DNA of 32,000 nt, from contig NC_007484.1 in assembly GCF_000012805.1 (NCBI RefSeq), positions 690,001 through 722,000 on the forward strand, in the 5' to 3' direction. Shown here piece by piece: positions 21,939 through 30,424 of this stretch. Source of the DNA: Nitrosococcus oceani ATCC 19707. GTDB lineage: Bacteria; Pseudomonadota; Gammaproteobacteria; Nitrosococcales; Nitrosococcaceae. Position 1 is the first letter of the stretch. Each line of letters starts with the position of its first letter. The position numbers and the translations under genes are program-made. The notes under the pieces were generated by a model. That model saw nothing but the letters and a program-made list of their open reading frames with translations, was not told where the DNA came from and did no database searches.

Positions 21939-22437
21939 TATGAAAAGAAAGAGCTTTCTTCGCCTTCGTGAACGCTATCGCCGCCGCGGCAAAAGATTTG
22001 TCTATCTTGATGAAAGCGGTTTTGAGCCGGAGGTTTCCCGTCGTTACGCTTACGCTCCAAAGGGGCGGCGTGTTTATGGTCTGATCTCCGGTCATCGCAG
22101 ACCGCGAACCTCTTTATTGGCCGCCCGTATGGATGAAGGCTTTGAAGCGCCGTTTCTATTTGAGGGAACCTGTAACACGGCTGTGTTCAATGCATGGCTG
22201 GAAAAAGAGCTTTGCCCCTTGCTCAACAGCAACCACATTGTCATCATGGATAATGCTCCGTTCCACAAAGCCGTTTCTTCACGTGAAATCATCAAAAAAA
22301 CAGGGGCGGGAATTTTATTCCTCCCCCCTTATTCCCCTGACTTTAACCCCATAGAAAAAGACTTCGGAAATATCAAAAAAATCAGAGAATACAACGAACA
22401 TGAAACCCTTGAGAATATCGTTGCAGCGTATCAGTAA
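21913..22437 (+). CDS. IS630-family transposase, DDE catalytic part (orfB, +1 frame relative to orfA)
   Basis: DD(35)E-type triad context: VYLDESGF, IVIMDNAPFHK, LPPYSPDFNPIEKDFGNIK. The frame opens inside the A8 run. A full-length protein requires a one-nt shift there. Confidence 0.8.
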   Translation: MTGYTQRCNMKRKSFLRLRERYRRRGKRFVYLDESGFEPEVSRRYAYAPKGRRVYGLISGHRRPRTSLLAARMDEGFEAPFLFEGTCNTAVFNAWLEKELCPLLNSNHIVIMDNAPFHKAVSSREIIKKTGAGILFLPPYSPDFNPIEKDFGNIKKIREYNEHETLENIVAAYQ

Positions 22438-22452
22438 TTATAGATTTAGCTA
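22428..22452. repeat. IS630-family right terminal inverted repeat
   Basis: The reverse complement matches 21551-21575 at 19/25 positions. It overlaps the transposase stop codon. Confidence 0.7.
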
Positions 22453-23772
22453 TAACTCATCGAAATTGTCCGGCAGGTCGATCTGCCTTTTTACTGTGTA
22501 TTCGCCAAGGGTTTCTGCGACACCTTTCTGAACACTGTGGCCACGAGCGACCAGCTTCATCTCATCCAAGCGAGATTCAAGACGTTTGCGCCGGCGCTTC
22601 AGCGATTGGTATATCGCTTCTGGACTTGAGGCTAGGCGACGCTGCAGTTGTGTGAGTGCAAAGCCAACTGTGCCCCGGCGTTTACCATCCAGATTGTCGG
22701 CGCGGTTCATCTCATTGCGGACGTAGTCGGTCACTTGCGCGTAAAGCGCTGCTTCTGCATCGGAGAGGTCATAGTTCGCGCTGTATGCGCGGCGCTCGGG
22801 GAAGAGTGGCGTGCCATCAAACTTGAGTAGTTCCTCTTTCACTATGCGGCGCATCATGTCTGAGACATCTACCTTGTGGGCGCCTTCGCGAAACTTGCCG
22901 TAGAAGCGATCGCCATCCAGCAGTGAAAGCCAAATCTGGAAGTCTTCTTCCTTGCCGTTGTGCGGCGTGGCTGTCATTAATAGAAAGTGACGGGTGATAG
23001 AGCCGAGCAACTCACCCAGTAAAAAGCGCTTGGTCTTGTTGACCTTGTTGCCGAAGTAATTGGCGGAGAGTTTGTGAGCCTCGTCAACGATGATGAGATC
23101 CCACTCAGTGTTTTTCAGTTTTTCCTGGTACTCCTCATTACGCGATAACTGATCCAGGCGGCAGAGAAGTTGATTCTGTTCGTCGAAGTAGTTGCCGGAT
23201 GCACACTGCTCCTGCTTCTCACGGCTGAAGATCTCGAACTGAACACCGAATTTCTCCAGCAGTTCGTCCTGCCACTGCTCGGTGAGGCCGCCGGGAGAGA
23301 CGATCAGGATGCGTTTGGCATCGGCCCGCATCAACAGTTCGCGAATGAGCAATCCAGCCATAATGGTCTTGCCGGCGCCAGGATCGTCGGCCAGCACAAA
23401 TCGTAGCGGCTGCCTGGGTAGCATGGCCTCGTACACAGCAGAAATCTGGTGGGGCAGCGGCTCTACGTTAGAGGTGTGTACCGCCATCATGGGATCAAAC
23501 AGGGCGGCCTGTGAGATACGGTAAGCCTCAAGCCCGAGTTTGAAATCTTCACCTGGCGCATCGAATGCCCAGGGTCGACCTGCCTGAGCCAGCTCAAGCC
23601 GTGCTTCGTCCGAGCGAAATAGCATTTGTTCGCCCAGACGGCCCTGGTTGTCTTTGTAGTAGACAGTGATCGCACTATCGCCGACCGGCTCGACCTGGAC
23701 GATGCGTACGATCTCATTGCCCTGTATGCCTAAAACTTGCGCGTCTTTTTTGATGTCTTCGAGTTTGATCAT
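22453..23772 (-). pseudogene. N-terminal fragment of the SNF2-family helicase (RecA1 lobe), truncated by IS630 insertion
   Basis: 440 codons. Motif [15 protein letters not shown], motif [14 protein letters not shown] (DEAH at about 23071-23094), motif [13 protein letters not shown]. The stop codon TAG (22450-22452) is supplied by the IS end. The ATG overlaps the regulator stop (ATGA, 23769-23772). Confidence 0.85.
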
Positions 23773-24674
23773 GAGCCCTCCCTGGCGACGCGGTTGTCCT
23801 GGTTGTAGCCGGGAGCGATGACCAGGTTCTCAACGCCATACAGAGCTTGCCTGTTCTTCAGCCAGAGGTGGTATTCCGGGCCTTCCAGGCTATGCTCTTC
23901 TGAGCAGTCGACATTCCAGCGCCGGAGGACGTAACCAGCGACGGCAGCACGAACATTGACCTTCAGTACGCCGTTTTCCATGGCGTAATCTGTTTCGATG
24001 GTCTTCGGGTGTTTCAGGCTGGGATGGGGGACGATTTCCAGCTCGACGACGCGATTCCATTGGATGTCCGATTCACGGCCTTCATTCTCTTTAACAGGCC
24101 CGTCTAGAATTTCTGGATCTGAGATGCGGGTGACAACAAAATCCGCGAATCTTGACTGCTTCCTGTCATAGCCACGGACATGCCAACGCAAACCATTGTC
24201 AACCAACACGAAGGGTACGATCTCGCGCGTGCTGCGTCCGCTGCTTAGGGAGCGATACACAATTTTGCTCGCCTTATGCTGATGAATGGCGCGGGTCAGT
24301 GCTGACAAGGTCTCTAAGTCAGGGTGGTTGAGTTGCGCCGGGGCCTCGCATGCGATCAACGCCTTATGCGTCCCCACGAAATCGTCACCAAATCCATGAG
24401 CGAGAGCTGCCATGGCCTGGCTGGGCGAGTAATCGAACAACGGTTCAAAGGATGTGCCCCGTATATAGACTTTGGCCTTGGTGTCATATTCCAGATTTTC
24501 TGGGGCAAGATCCTTATACAAAGTGATGTCTCTGGTTGCCGCAGCCTCCTTGATGCCGAAGCGGCTTACGAGGTCATTTCGGCCAATAGTCCCCAAAAAA
24601 TGCGCTTTGAAATCAATGTGCGATAGCCGCTCTTTTTGCGTTTGGTTGATATCCATTGGGATGGCGTTGGGCAT
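23769..24674 (-). CDS. WYL-domain transcriptional regulator, BrxR/CapW-like (wHTH-WYL-WCX architecture)
   Basis: 301 aa. N-terminal wHTH-like segment ([41 protein letters not shown]). Central WYL-type block ([35 protein letters not shown]). First gene of the defence operon and translationally coupled to the helicase. Confidence 0.8.
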   Translation of the reverse strand: MPNAIPMDINQTQKERLSHIDFKAHFLGTIGRNDLVSRFGIKEAAATRDITLYKDLAPENLEYDTKAKVYIRGTSFEPLFDYSPSQAMAALAHGFGDDFVGTHKALIACEAPAQLNHPDLETLSALTRAIHQHKASKIVYRSLSSGRSTREIVPFVLVDNGLRWHVRGYDRKQSRFADFVVTRISDPEILDGPVKENEGRESDIQWNRVVELEIVPHPSLKHPKTIETDYAMENGVLKVNVRAAVAGYVLRRWNVDCSEEHSLEGPEYHLWLKNRQALYGVENLVIAPGYNQDNRVAREGS

Positions 24675-24720
24675 GCTTTTGTCCGGTGTGGCTCGATTCG
24701 GATGCAGACTGACGCCTATG

Positions 24721-24776
24721 ATATTAAAGATATAAGATTCATGTCAATATGATTTGTTGACATCATCAATATGATT
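24721..24776 (-). promoter_or_regulatory. candidate promoter/operator of the WYL-regulator operon: 2 x 11-bp direct repeat plus -35/-10-like hexamers
   Basis: TCAATATGATT occurs at 24744-24754 and again at 24766-24776, 22 bp start to start. On the minus strand, TTGACA (24747-24742) overlaps the proximal repeat and is followed by TAATAT (24726-24721). The spacer is about 15 nt by my count, which is suboptimal. The site lies about 50-100 bp upstream of ATG 24674. Confidence 0.45.
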
Positions 24777-25033
24777 ATGATCAAATACGCGGGATTATCT
24801 GTTGCGTTTAGCCGGGCGCTAAAGGTCACCCGACTGATTTTTCCTGGGGCGAGTTATGAGTTTTCTAGAGGCGAGCGGAGGGGCAAGAAAAGGTTGGCGG
24901 GCAGCGCAGTGGGTGCGCTCACGTTCTACTTGTCCCCGCTCCATTGTGACTAGCAACTGCTGTTGTGGATAGCATCGTTGGTGTGATCGTCGGTAATTCA
25001 TACGAACCTGATTAATCAATAGGAATTGCATGG

Positions 25034-26881
25034 ATGTGGCCAGATAACGAAACAGAACGTGATTACCTGAATTTCGGTGGGGTGGCCGAGACTGTTGCTG
25101 AAATCACCGTGCAGGCCCAAGGCAGGCCGATTTCTATTGGAGTATCTGGCGCTTGGGGCGTTGGCAAATCATCAATGATAAAGCTGATTCGCACTGCCCT
25201 TACCGAAAAGGACAAAAGTGAGCCAGCCCGATTTATCTATGTGGAGTTCAATGCGTGGCTTTATCAAGGCTACGACGATGCCCGAGCAGCGCTACTTGAA
25301 GTTATTGCAACTAAATTAAATGAAGAAGCTGAAAAGCGAAAAAGCGGTGTCGACAAGGCGAAAGAGCTTTTGCATCGCGTCAACTGGCTGCGCGCAGCCA
25401 AACTGGGCGCTGGTTCAGCGCTCGCACTCGCGCTGGGGCTCCCACCAACAGGCTTGATCGGTGACGTAGTTAGAGTTGGCCGGAAGGTGATTGGAGAAGG
25501 GGCCGGTGCAGAAGAAGCACAGGAAGCGGCCGACGCAGTATCAGAAGTAATTACGACTACAGAAGGCCTAATCAAGGCGAAGCCAGAACTGTCTCCGCCG
25601 CGCGAGATCCATGCTATTCGTGAATGCTTTGAGCAGACGTTAGCCGAGATGGGGGTAACGCTCGTTGTGCTCATCGACGACCTGGATCGCTGTCTTCCAC
25701 CTACCACGATCTCCACGCTCGAAGCTATTCGGCTGTTTCTCTTCCTGGACAACACGGCATTTGTAATCGCAGCCGACGATGCAATGATTAAACATGCGGT
25801 CCGACAGCATTTTGGGGAAGTTGATGACGACTTGGTTATTAACTATTTCGACAAGCTTATCCAGATCCCCATCCGTGTTCCTCCTCTTGGTACGCAGGAA
25901 GTTCGAGCCTATATGATGCTTCTGTTTATCGAGACTACCGATATAGACGATACCCTCAAGGAAGGAATCCGTGAGGCGGTTTGTTCCCAACTTGCCAAAA
26001 GTTGGCGTGGCGAGCGTGTAGACCGGGCATTCATTCAGTCAGTTTATAAAGAAGCGCCGCCGGAGCTGGTGGCGCGTTTTGACACTGCCGATCGCCTCGC
26101 TCCCATCATGGTTAGCGCCAGTCAAATCTCTGGAAACCCACGATTGGTCAAGCGTTTTCTAAACGCGCTCTCAATCAGAATGGCAATCTCGCGTGCTCAT
26201 GACGTAGGCGTTGATGAAGCGGTATTGGCGAAGATGTTGCTGTTCGAGCGCTGCGGTAATCCCAAGGCTTACGATGCTTTGATCGCAGCTGTGAACAATG
26301 ATCCCGAAGGCAAGCCGGTCTTCCTGGCTGAATGGGAGCAGAAAGCTACTTCTGGCGCAGAGGTTGAGCTGGAGCCGCTTTGGGACGATCGCTTTATTAG
26401 AGAATGGCTCACGATCACACCACCGCTCGCTGACACAGATCTGCGAGGAGTGCTTTATGTCAGCAGAGAGCATGCACCACTGATTACACCGGAAGACCGG
26501 TTGTCATCAGAAGGAGCAGAACTACTAACGGCTATCCTCACAAGTCCTGATATGGCGGCGAGTCTGCATGATCGTCTTGCGGTGCTGGCACGTCCAGAGA
26601 CCACCGTAATTATGGACCGCATACTCGAACAGGCGCGGCGCGAGCAGGAATGGGGTACGCCCGCGATCCTGGATGCGTGTATCGCCGTTGCCAAGGCCGA
26701 TCCGTCACTTGGGACGCGCGTCGCAGGCTTCTTGAGCGAGCGACCTCTTGGCCAAATCAAGCCAGGTATCGTACCCAAAATCAGCGACCAGCAGTGGGTT
26801 GCTGAAGTGTTTGCGCGATGGAAGGACGCTGACGTGAGCGCTCCCGTTAAAAAGGCAATTGAAGCTGTGGAGAAGAGCTGA
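25034..26881 (+). CDS. qatA: QatA, KAP-family P-loop NTPase
   Basis: 615 aa. Walker A GAWGVGKS at 25148-25171. Walker B LVVLIDDLDRC. The KAP-type N-terminus (ERDYLNFGGVAETVAEI) is followed by a long helical C-terminal half. First gene of a KAP / unknown / QueC-like / TatD operon. Confidence 0.85.
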   Translation: MWPDNETERDYLNFGGVAETVAEITVQAQGRPISIGVSGAWGVGKSSMIKLIRTALTEKDKSEPARFIYVEFNAWLYQGYDDARAALLEVIATKLNEEAEKRKSGVDKAKELLHRVNWLRAAKLGAGSALALALGLPPTGLIGDVVRVGRKVIGEGAGAEEAQEAADAVSEVITTTEGLIKAKPELSPPREIHAIRECFEQTLAEMGVTLVVLIDDLDRCLPPTTISTLEAIRLFLFLDNTAFVIAADDAMIKHAVRQHFGEVDDDLVINYFDKLIQIPIRVPPLGTQEVRAYMMLLFIETTDIDDTLKEGIREAVCSQLAKSWRGERVDRAFIQSVYKEAPPELVARFDTADRLAPIMVSASQISGNPRLVKRFLNALSIRMAISRAHDVGVDEAVLAKMLLFERCGNPKAYDALIAAVNNDPEGKPVFLAEWEQKATSGAEVELEPLWDDRFIREWLTITPPLADTDLRGVLYVSREHAPLITPEDRLSSEGAELLTAILTSPDMAASLHDRLAVLARPETTVIMDRILEQARREQEWGTPAILDACIAVAKADPSLGTRVAGFLSERPLGQIKPGIVPKISDQQWVAEVFARWKDADVSAPVKKAIEAVEKS

Positions 26882-27726
26882 TGGGCACTTCGTCGTCGAG
26901 CGCCGGCTCTCCCTCTGGCACGCCTATGGTGCCGCCTTGGGTGCCAGACCCGGTGCCACCTGTCGATGGCCCCGGTGATGACGAGGGTGCGCCGCCGGAA
27001 AGCGACGCGCCAGATGAGGCAGTGCAACAGCCAGCCCAGCCTGTACCCATAGCCCCTCCTGCACGTTTTGGCGGTGCGCGCACCAGGCTCGGCCGCTTTG
27101 CTCGCACAGGCTTAGCCGACGATATGCGAAAAGGCGTAGGGCACTACGTCCACAAAGGGCTGGGTGGTAGTGGCACGGCAGTGCGCCGCCTTGGTGGTAC
27201 CGCCCGCACTGCCGGCACGCTGTTTGGTGCGTTATCAGCGGCAGCCGCAGGCCAGGCATCAGGCCCGGGAAATGAGCTGAACCCGACTGTTCTCGCTGGT
27301 CGCAGTGCTGACGAAATAATGAGCGCCGTCGTTGAGGCTGTGCGTCCCGTAGACGGCACGCAAGACGGTGAGGCCAGTCGCGCCGCTATCGGCAAAGCAC
27401 TTTCCGAGCTGCTTACACAGTTTCCGGACGCCGACCTGCTCAACCTGTCAGAGACGCAACGGGTGCTTGCAGTTGAGCGCTTTATTGCATGGGACGTGTT
27501 CAACCGATTTGAGCTTGATCTTGGCAAGACGATTCAGGAAAAAGCACCAAGTGTTGCGAGCGCTCTTTCCCGCCTTAAAGAAGTGAGGGACTTCATTACG
27601 CAAACGGTCGCAGCGAGTTTCAGAAAGCTGTCGACCGACGCAACCGCTCTTGGCAGCAACAAGGTTGCCGCAATTGTCCGAGATGCACTAGGGCTGGCAA
27701 TTGGTGTATTCGAGGGGTATCTGTAA
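26881..27726 (+). CDS. qatB: QatB (Qat-system protein of unknown fold; Pro/Asp-rich N-terminal tail)
   Basis: 281 aa. The start overlaps the qatA stop (TGATG, 26879-26883). N-terminus is MGTSSSSAGSPSGTPMVPPWVPDPVPP. Assigned by its position between the KAP NTPase and the QueC-like gene. Confidence 0.75.
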   Translation: MGTSSSSAGSPSGTPMVPPWVPDPVPPVDGPGDDEGAPPESDAPDEAVQQPAQPVPIAPPARFGGARTRLGRFARTGLADDMRKGVGHYVHKGLGGSGTAVRRLGGTARTAGTLFGALSAAAAGQASGPGNELNPTVLAGRSADEIMSAVVEAVRPVDGTQDGEASRAAIGKALSELLTQFPDADLLNLSETQRVLAVERFIAWDVFNRFELDLGKTIQEKAPSVASALSRLKEVRDFITQTVAASFRKLSTDATALGSNKVAAIVRDALGLAIGVFEGYL

Positions 27727-29004
27727 ATGAGAATTATCTGTGGTCCCTCCAACTCAAAGTTCGAGCGCCTGCGCAAAGACGACTTGCGGTGCATTCTGTA
27801 TGGTTCTGCGGAGAATTCCTATCACGGTTCGGCTGGCGGGACACTTCTCAAACACGTTCAGAGTCTTAAGTTATCCCCAGCGCCTCGCGCGTGGGATCTG
27901 CTGTCGCTCGCTCTCTCGGTCATCTGTGCGGATACAGCTGTCCGGCGCGGCGAGAGCCCGGATGGTTGGACCCGCCAGATTTCTCTTACCGTCGCGGTGA
28001 GTGATCCAGATTTCTGGACAACTCAGCGCTCGCTTATCGAAGATCAGCTTAAGTTCCTTACAACCGATTTATGGGCTCTGCAATTCGTGGGTTATGGCCT
28101 TTACCCTAAACCAAGCAAAGTTCCCAAGCTTCCGGATGGCGATTGCGTTACCTTGCTTTCGGGCGGCCTTGACAGCTTTGTCGGTGCTATCGACCTCGTC
28201 GCTGATGGTAAGGCCCCATTTGCTGTCAGTCAGGTTGCGGCAGGTGATAAGCAATCGCAAGCGGACTTTGCTGCGAAGATCGGTGGCGGACTTAATCATC
28301 TGCAACTGAATCACAACGTCAAATGTCCGGGCGAGAATGAACGTTCACAACGCGCCCGATCATTCATCTTCCTTGCCTATGGCGTTCTGGCTGCTAGTGC
28401 GCAGAAGCACTACCACGATGGTGAGCGCGTTGACCTTTATATTTGCGAAAACGGGTTGATATCGATCAATCCGCCTCTCACGCCGGCCCGGCTCGGTAGT
28501 CTTAGCACGAGGACGACCCACCCGGTTTTTCTGGGATTATTTCAGAGGCTGCTCGATGTTGCTGAACTGCGGATTGCAGTTCGCAATCCATATCAATTTA
28601 GGACGAAAGGCGAAATGCTCCTTGAATGCAAGGACCAGGCATTTCTTAGGAAGCACGCTGCAGAGACAACTAGTTGTGGACGCTATGCGCGCAATGGCTG
28701 GCAACACTGCGGGAGGTGCTTTCCGTGTCTGATCAGACGCGCTGCATTCCATGCATGGGGAAAAGACGATAGGACAAAATATGTCTATGCCGATCTGTCG
28801 AAGAATGATTCGCAGCACGCCCGATATGATGACGTACGATGCGCAGCGATGGCAGCGGCGCTTGTCGATGCAGATGGACTAGACGCGCTTGCGACTAACA
28901 ATCTCAATGCCTTAGCTATGGGCGATCTTACCCCTTATAAGGCCATACTTACTCGTGGAATAAGGGAAGTTGGTCAGTTTCTGGCAGCAGCAGGTGTTCG
29001 ATGA
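27727..29004 (+). CDS. qatC: QatC, QueC-like PP-loop ATPase
   Basis: 425 aa. PP-loop SGGLDS at 28159-28176. C-terminal Cys cluster (SCGRYARNGWQHCGRCFPCLIRRAAF) like the QueC zinc site. The ATG immediately follows the qatB TAA. Confidence 0.85.
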   Translation: MRIICGPSNSKFERLRKDDLRCILYGSAENSYHGSAGGTLLKHVQSLKLSPAPRAWDLLSLALSVICADTAVRRGESPDGWTRQISLTVAVSDPDFWTTQRSLIEDQLKFLTTDLWALQFVGYGLYPKPSKVPKLPDGDCVTLLSGGLDSFVGAIDLVADGKAPFAVSQVAAGDKQSQADFAAKIGGGLNHLQLNHNVKCPGENERSQRARSFIFLAYGVLAASAQKHYHDGERVDLYICENGLISINPPLTPARLGSLSTRTTHPVFLGLFQRLLDVAELRIAVRNPYQFRTKGEMLLECKDQAFLRKHAAETTSCGRYARNGWQHCGRCFPCLIRRAAFHAWGKDDRTKYVYADLSKNDSQHARYDDVRCAAMAAALVDADGLDALATNNLNALAMGDLTPYKAILTRGIREVGQFLAAAGVR

Positions 29005-29729
29005 TCGACTTTCACTGTCACGTCGATCTATACCCTGACCCGCATGCGATTGCCCGGGAATGTCGTGAGCGAAAGCTAAACGTGTTGTCTGTGACCACGA
29101 CACCTAGCGCGTGGGCAGGTACCTCGGCTCTAGGCGGAGGCGCAATCATAACGGCGCTTGGTCTGCACCCTCAACTCGCACATGAGAGAAAGGGTGAGTT
29201 GCCGTTGTTCGATCGCATACTGCCTGGCAGCGCTTATGTAGGCGAGGTCGGATTGGATGGCGCGTCTGAGTTCAAGACACATTGGCAAGACCAAATCGAT
29301 GTCTTTCGACACATACTTGGCGCGTGCACCGAAGCCGGTGGAAGGGTTATGTCAATTCACAGTCGGCGTGCAAGTACGCCGGTACTTGACCTGTTAGAGC
29401 TGTATCCGGAGTCGGGCACACCGATTCTTCATTGGTTCACCGGGACAGCGCGTGAGCTGGATCGGGCTATTTCTCTGGGATGTTGGTTTAGTGTTGGGCC
29501 TGCGATGCTCAGGAGCAAACGTGGAAAGGACTTAGTGATGCGCATGCCTCGAGAGCGTGTACTTACAGAGTCAGACGGACCCTTTGCACAAATAAAAGAA
29601 AGATCGATTTTCCCCTGGGAGGTAAATCTTGCGGAAGCAAAGTTAGCGGACCTCTGGGACTCCGATCCGGGGTCTACGGGGCAGTTGCTGAGTGAAAATC
29701 TGAATATTCTCTTGTCAATTGGTAGGTAA
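29001..29729 (+). CDS. qatD: QatD, TatD-family metal-dependent hydrolase/DNase
   Basis: 242 aa. N-terminal IDFHCHVD (HxH metal motif), GEVGLD, SIHSR, HWFTG and ESDGP blocks typical of TatD. ATGA overlap with qatC. Confidence 0.85.
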   Translation: MIDFHCHVDLYPDPHAIARECRERKLNVLSVTTTPSAWAGTSALGGGAIITALGLHPQLAHERKGELPLFDRILPGSAYVGEVGLDGASEFKTHWQDQIDVFRHILGACTEAGGRVMSIHSRRASTPVLDLLELYPESGTPILHWFTGTARELDRAISLGCWFSVGPAMLRSKRGKDLVMRMPRERVLTESDGPFAQIKERSIFPWEVNLAEAKLADLWDSDPGSTGQLLSENLNILLSIGR

Positions 29730-29810
29730 CTTAAGTCGGAGTGATGGAGTGGCATTAAAGTCAATATCCGCCATCTCACTGTTGTAGGTATGAAGCGTTT
29801 ACACTATTCT

Positions 29811-29823
29811 GTCAAAAATTGAC
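29811..29823. promoter_or_regulatory. short palindrome GTCAA-AAA-TTGAC 15 nt upstream of the HTH gene (possible operator)
   Basis: Read directly. 5-bp arms, adjacent to ATG 29839. No further support. Confidence 0.25.
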
Positions 29824-29838
29824 GGATTTTCCTTCGCC

Positions 29839-30060
29839 ATGCCTGACGAGTCAGTGGACGCAGAGATTCTTACGATCAAGGAGGTTGCCCTCTATCTGAA
29901 GGTCACCGAGCGGACTATCTATCGCTTGGCAGCGGACAAAAAAATCCCCGGCTTCAAGGTGGGTGGGGCTTGGCGATTTTCCAGGAAGGAAATCGATCAG
30001 TGGATTCGGCGTCAGTCTGAAGACCAGCATGGGGACGCGGGTGAGCACGATGACAAGTGA
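29839..30060 (+). CDS. excisionase/MerR-type helix-turn-helix DNA-binding protein (HTH_17-like)
   Basis: 73 aa. The sequence LTIKEVALYLKVTERTIYRLAADKKIPGFKVGGAWRFSRKEIDQWI is the classic Xis/AlpA-type HTH. Acidic C-terminal tail. The 3' end overlaps the next gene. Confidence 0.8.
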   Translation: MPDESVDAEILTIKEVALYLKVTERTIYRLAADKKIPGFKVGGAWRFSRKEIDQWIRRQSEDQHGDAGEHDDK

Positions 30061-30424
30061 ACAGGACGATACGAACGACCAGCTGGAACGATCCCTGATC
30101 GATGTTGCAGTCGAGAGCTGGAGATTTGCCCGACTGTTCTCCCGTCTTGTCAACAAACTGGATGCTGGCGAATCCACTCGTTACGTCAACCAGCTGCGCT
30201 ACTTCCAGAAAAAGCTTGAAGAGAGCCTGGATGCCAGTGGCCTGAAACTGGTGAATGTTGAAGGTCAGCCATATGACCCTGGAATGGCTGCATCGGCGCT
30301 TAATATTGGGGATTTCGGCCCTGATGATGAGTTGCTGGTTGATCAAATGGTGGAGCCCATCATCATGGGGCCAGAAGGCTTGCGCAAGCAGGGCACGGTA
30401 ATGCTTAGGAAGGTGCATGCATGA
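30050..30424 (+). CDS. minimal GrpE-like nucleotide-exchange-factor homologue
   Basis: About 124 aa. The C-terminal block (VEGQPYDPGMAASAL...VEPIIMGPEGLRKQGTVMLRKV) mirrors the GrpE beta-domain pattern (G-x-x-FDP-x-x-H-x-A ... G-x-x-x-R-x-A-x-V-x-V). The start is uncertain: ATG 30050 is preferred, with ATG 30029 or GTG 30041 possible. The stop overlaps the Hsp70 ATG. Confidence 0.6.
   Translation: MTSEQDDTNDQLERSLIDVAVESWRFARLFSRLVNKLDAGESTRYVNQLRYFQKKLEESLDASGLKLVNVEGQPYDPGMAASALNIGDFGPDDELLVDQMVEPIIMGPEGLRKQGTVMLRKVHA

Larger units (their letters stand above)
21551..22452 (+). mobile_element. IS630/Tc1-mariner-family insertion sequence (902 bp) inserted in the helicase gene
   Basis: Imperfect terminal inverted repeats with 19/25 matches (TATCTAAATTTATAAATATTGAGAC vs reverse complement TAGCTAAATCTATAATTACTGATAC). 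Flanking TA/TA direct duplication at 21549-50 and 22453-54. Internal two-ORF DDE transposase. Confidence 0.85.

Noticed and set aside
21553-22450. Alternative IS boundaries: an element starting at TCTAAAT... with a 4-bp TATA duplication, or no duplication at all.
   Set aside because: Only the 902-bp element with a 2-bp TA duplication restores the helicase reading frame. With a 4-bp TATA duplication the restored join reads ...GAG TTA TAG, a stop. TA duplication is also the known IS630/Tc1 behaviour.
24771-24953. A 60-aa ORF in the WYL-regulator/qatA intergenic region, and a 62-aa ORF at 15-203 at the window start.
   Set aside because: Neither has a ribosome-binding site or recognisable motifs. 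The 24771 ORF spans predicted promoter and hairpin sequence. The 15-203 ORF overlaps the well-supported RAQPRD gene.
29740-29780. An imperfect stem (AGTGA.TGG / CCA..TCACT) after qatD as a rho-independent terminator.
   Set aside because: It has only about 8 bp with a bulge, a loop of about 23 nt, and no downstream T-tract. That is too weak to call.
29839-30060. Interpreting the 73-aa Xis-type HTH protein as the ICE excisionase.
   Set aside because: It cannot be excluded. However, its 3' end overlaps the GrpE-like gene, which in turn overlaps the Hsp70 gene, so it belongs to that operon. No integrase or att site is nearby. A module-specific regulator is the simpler reading.
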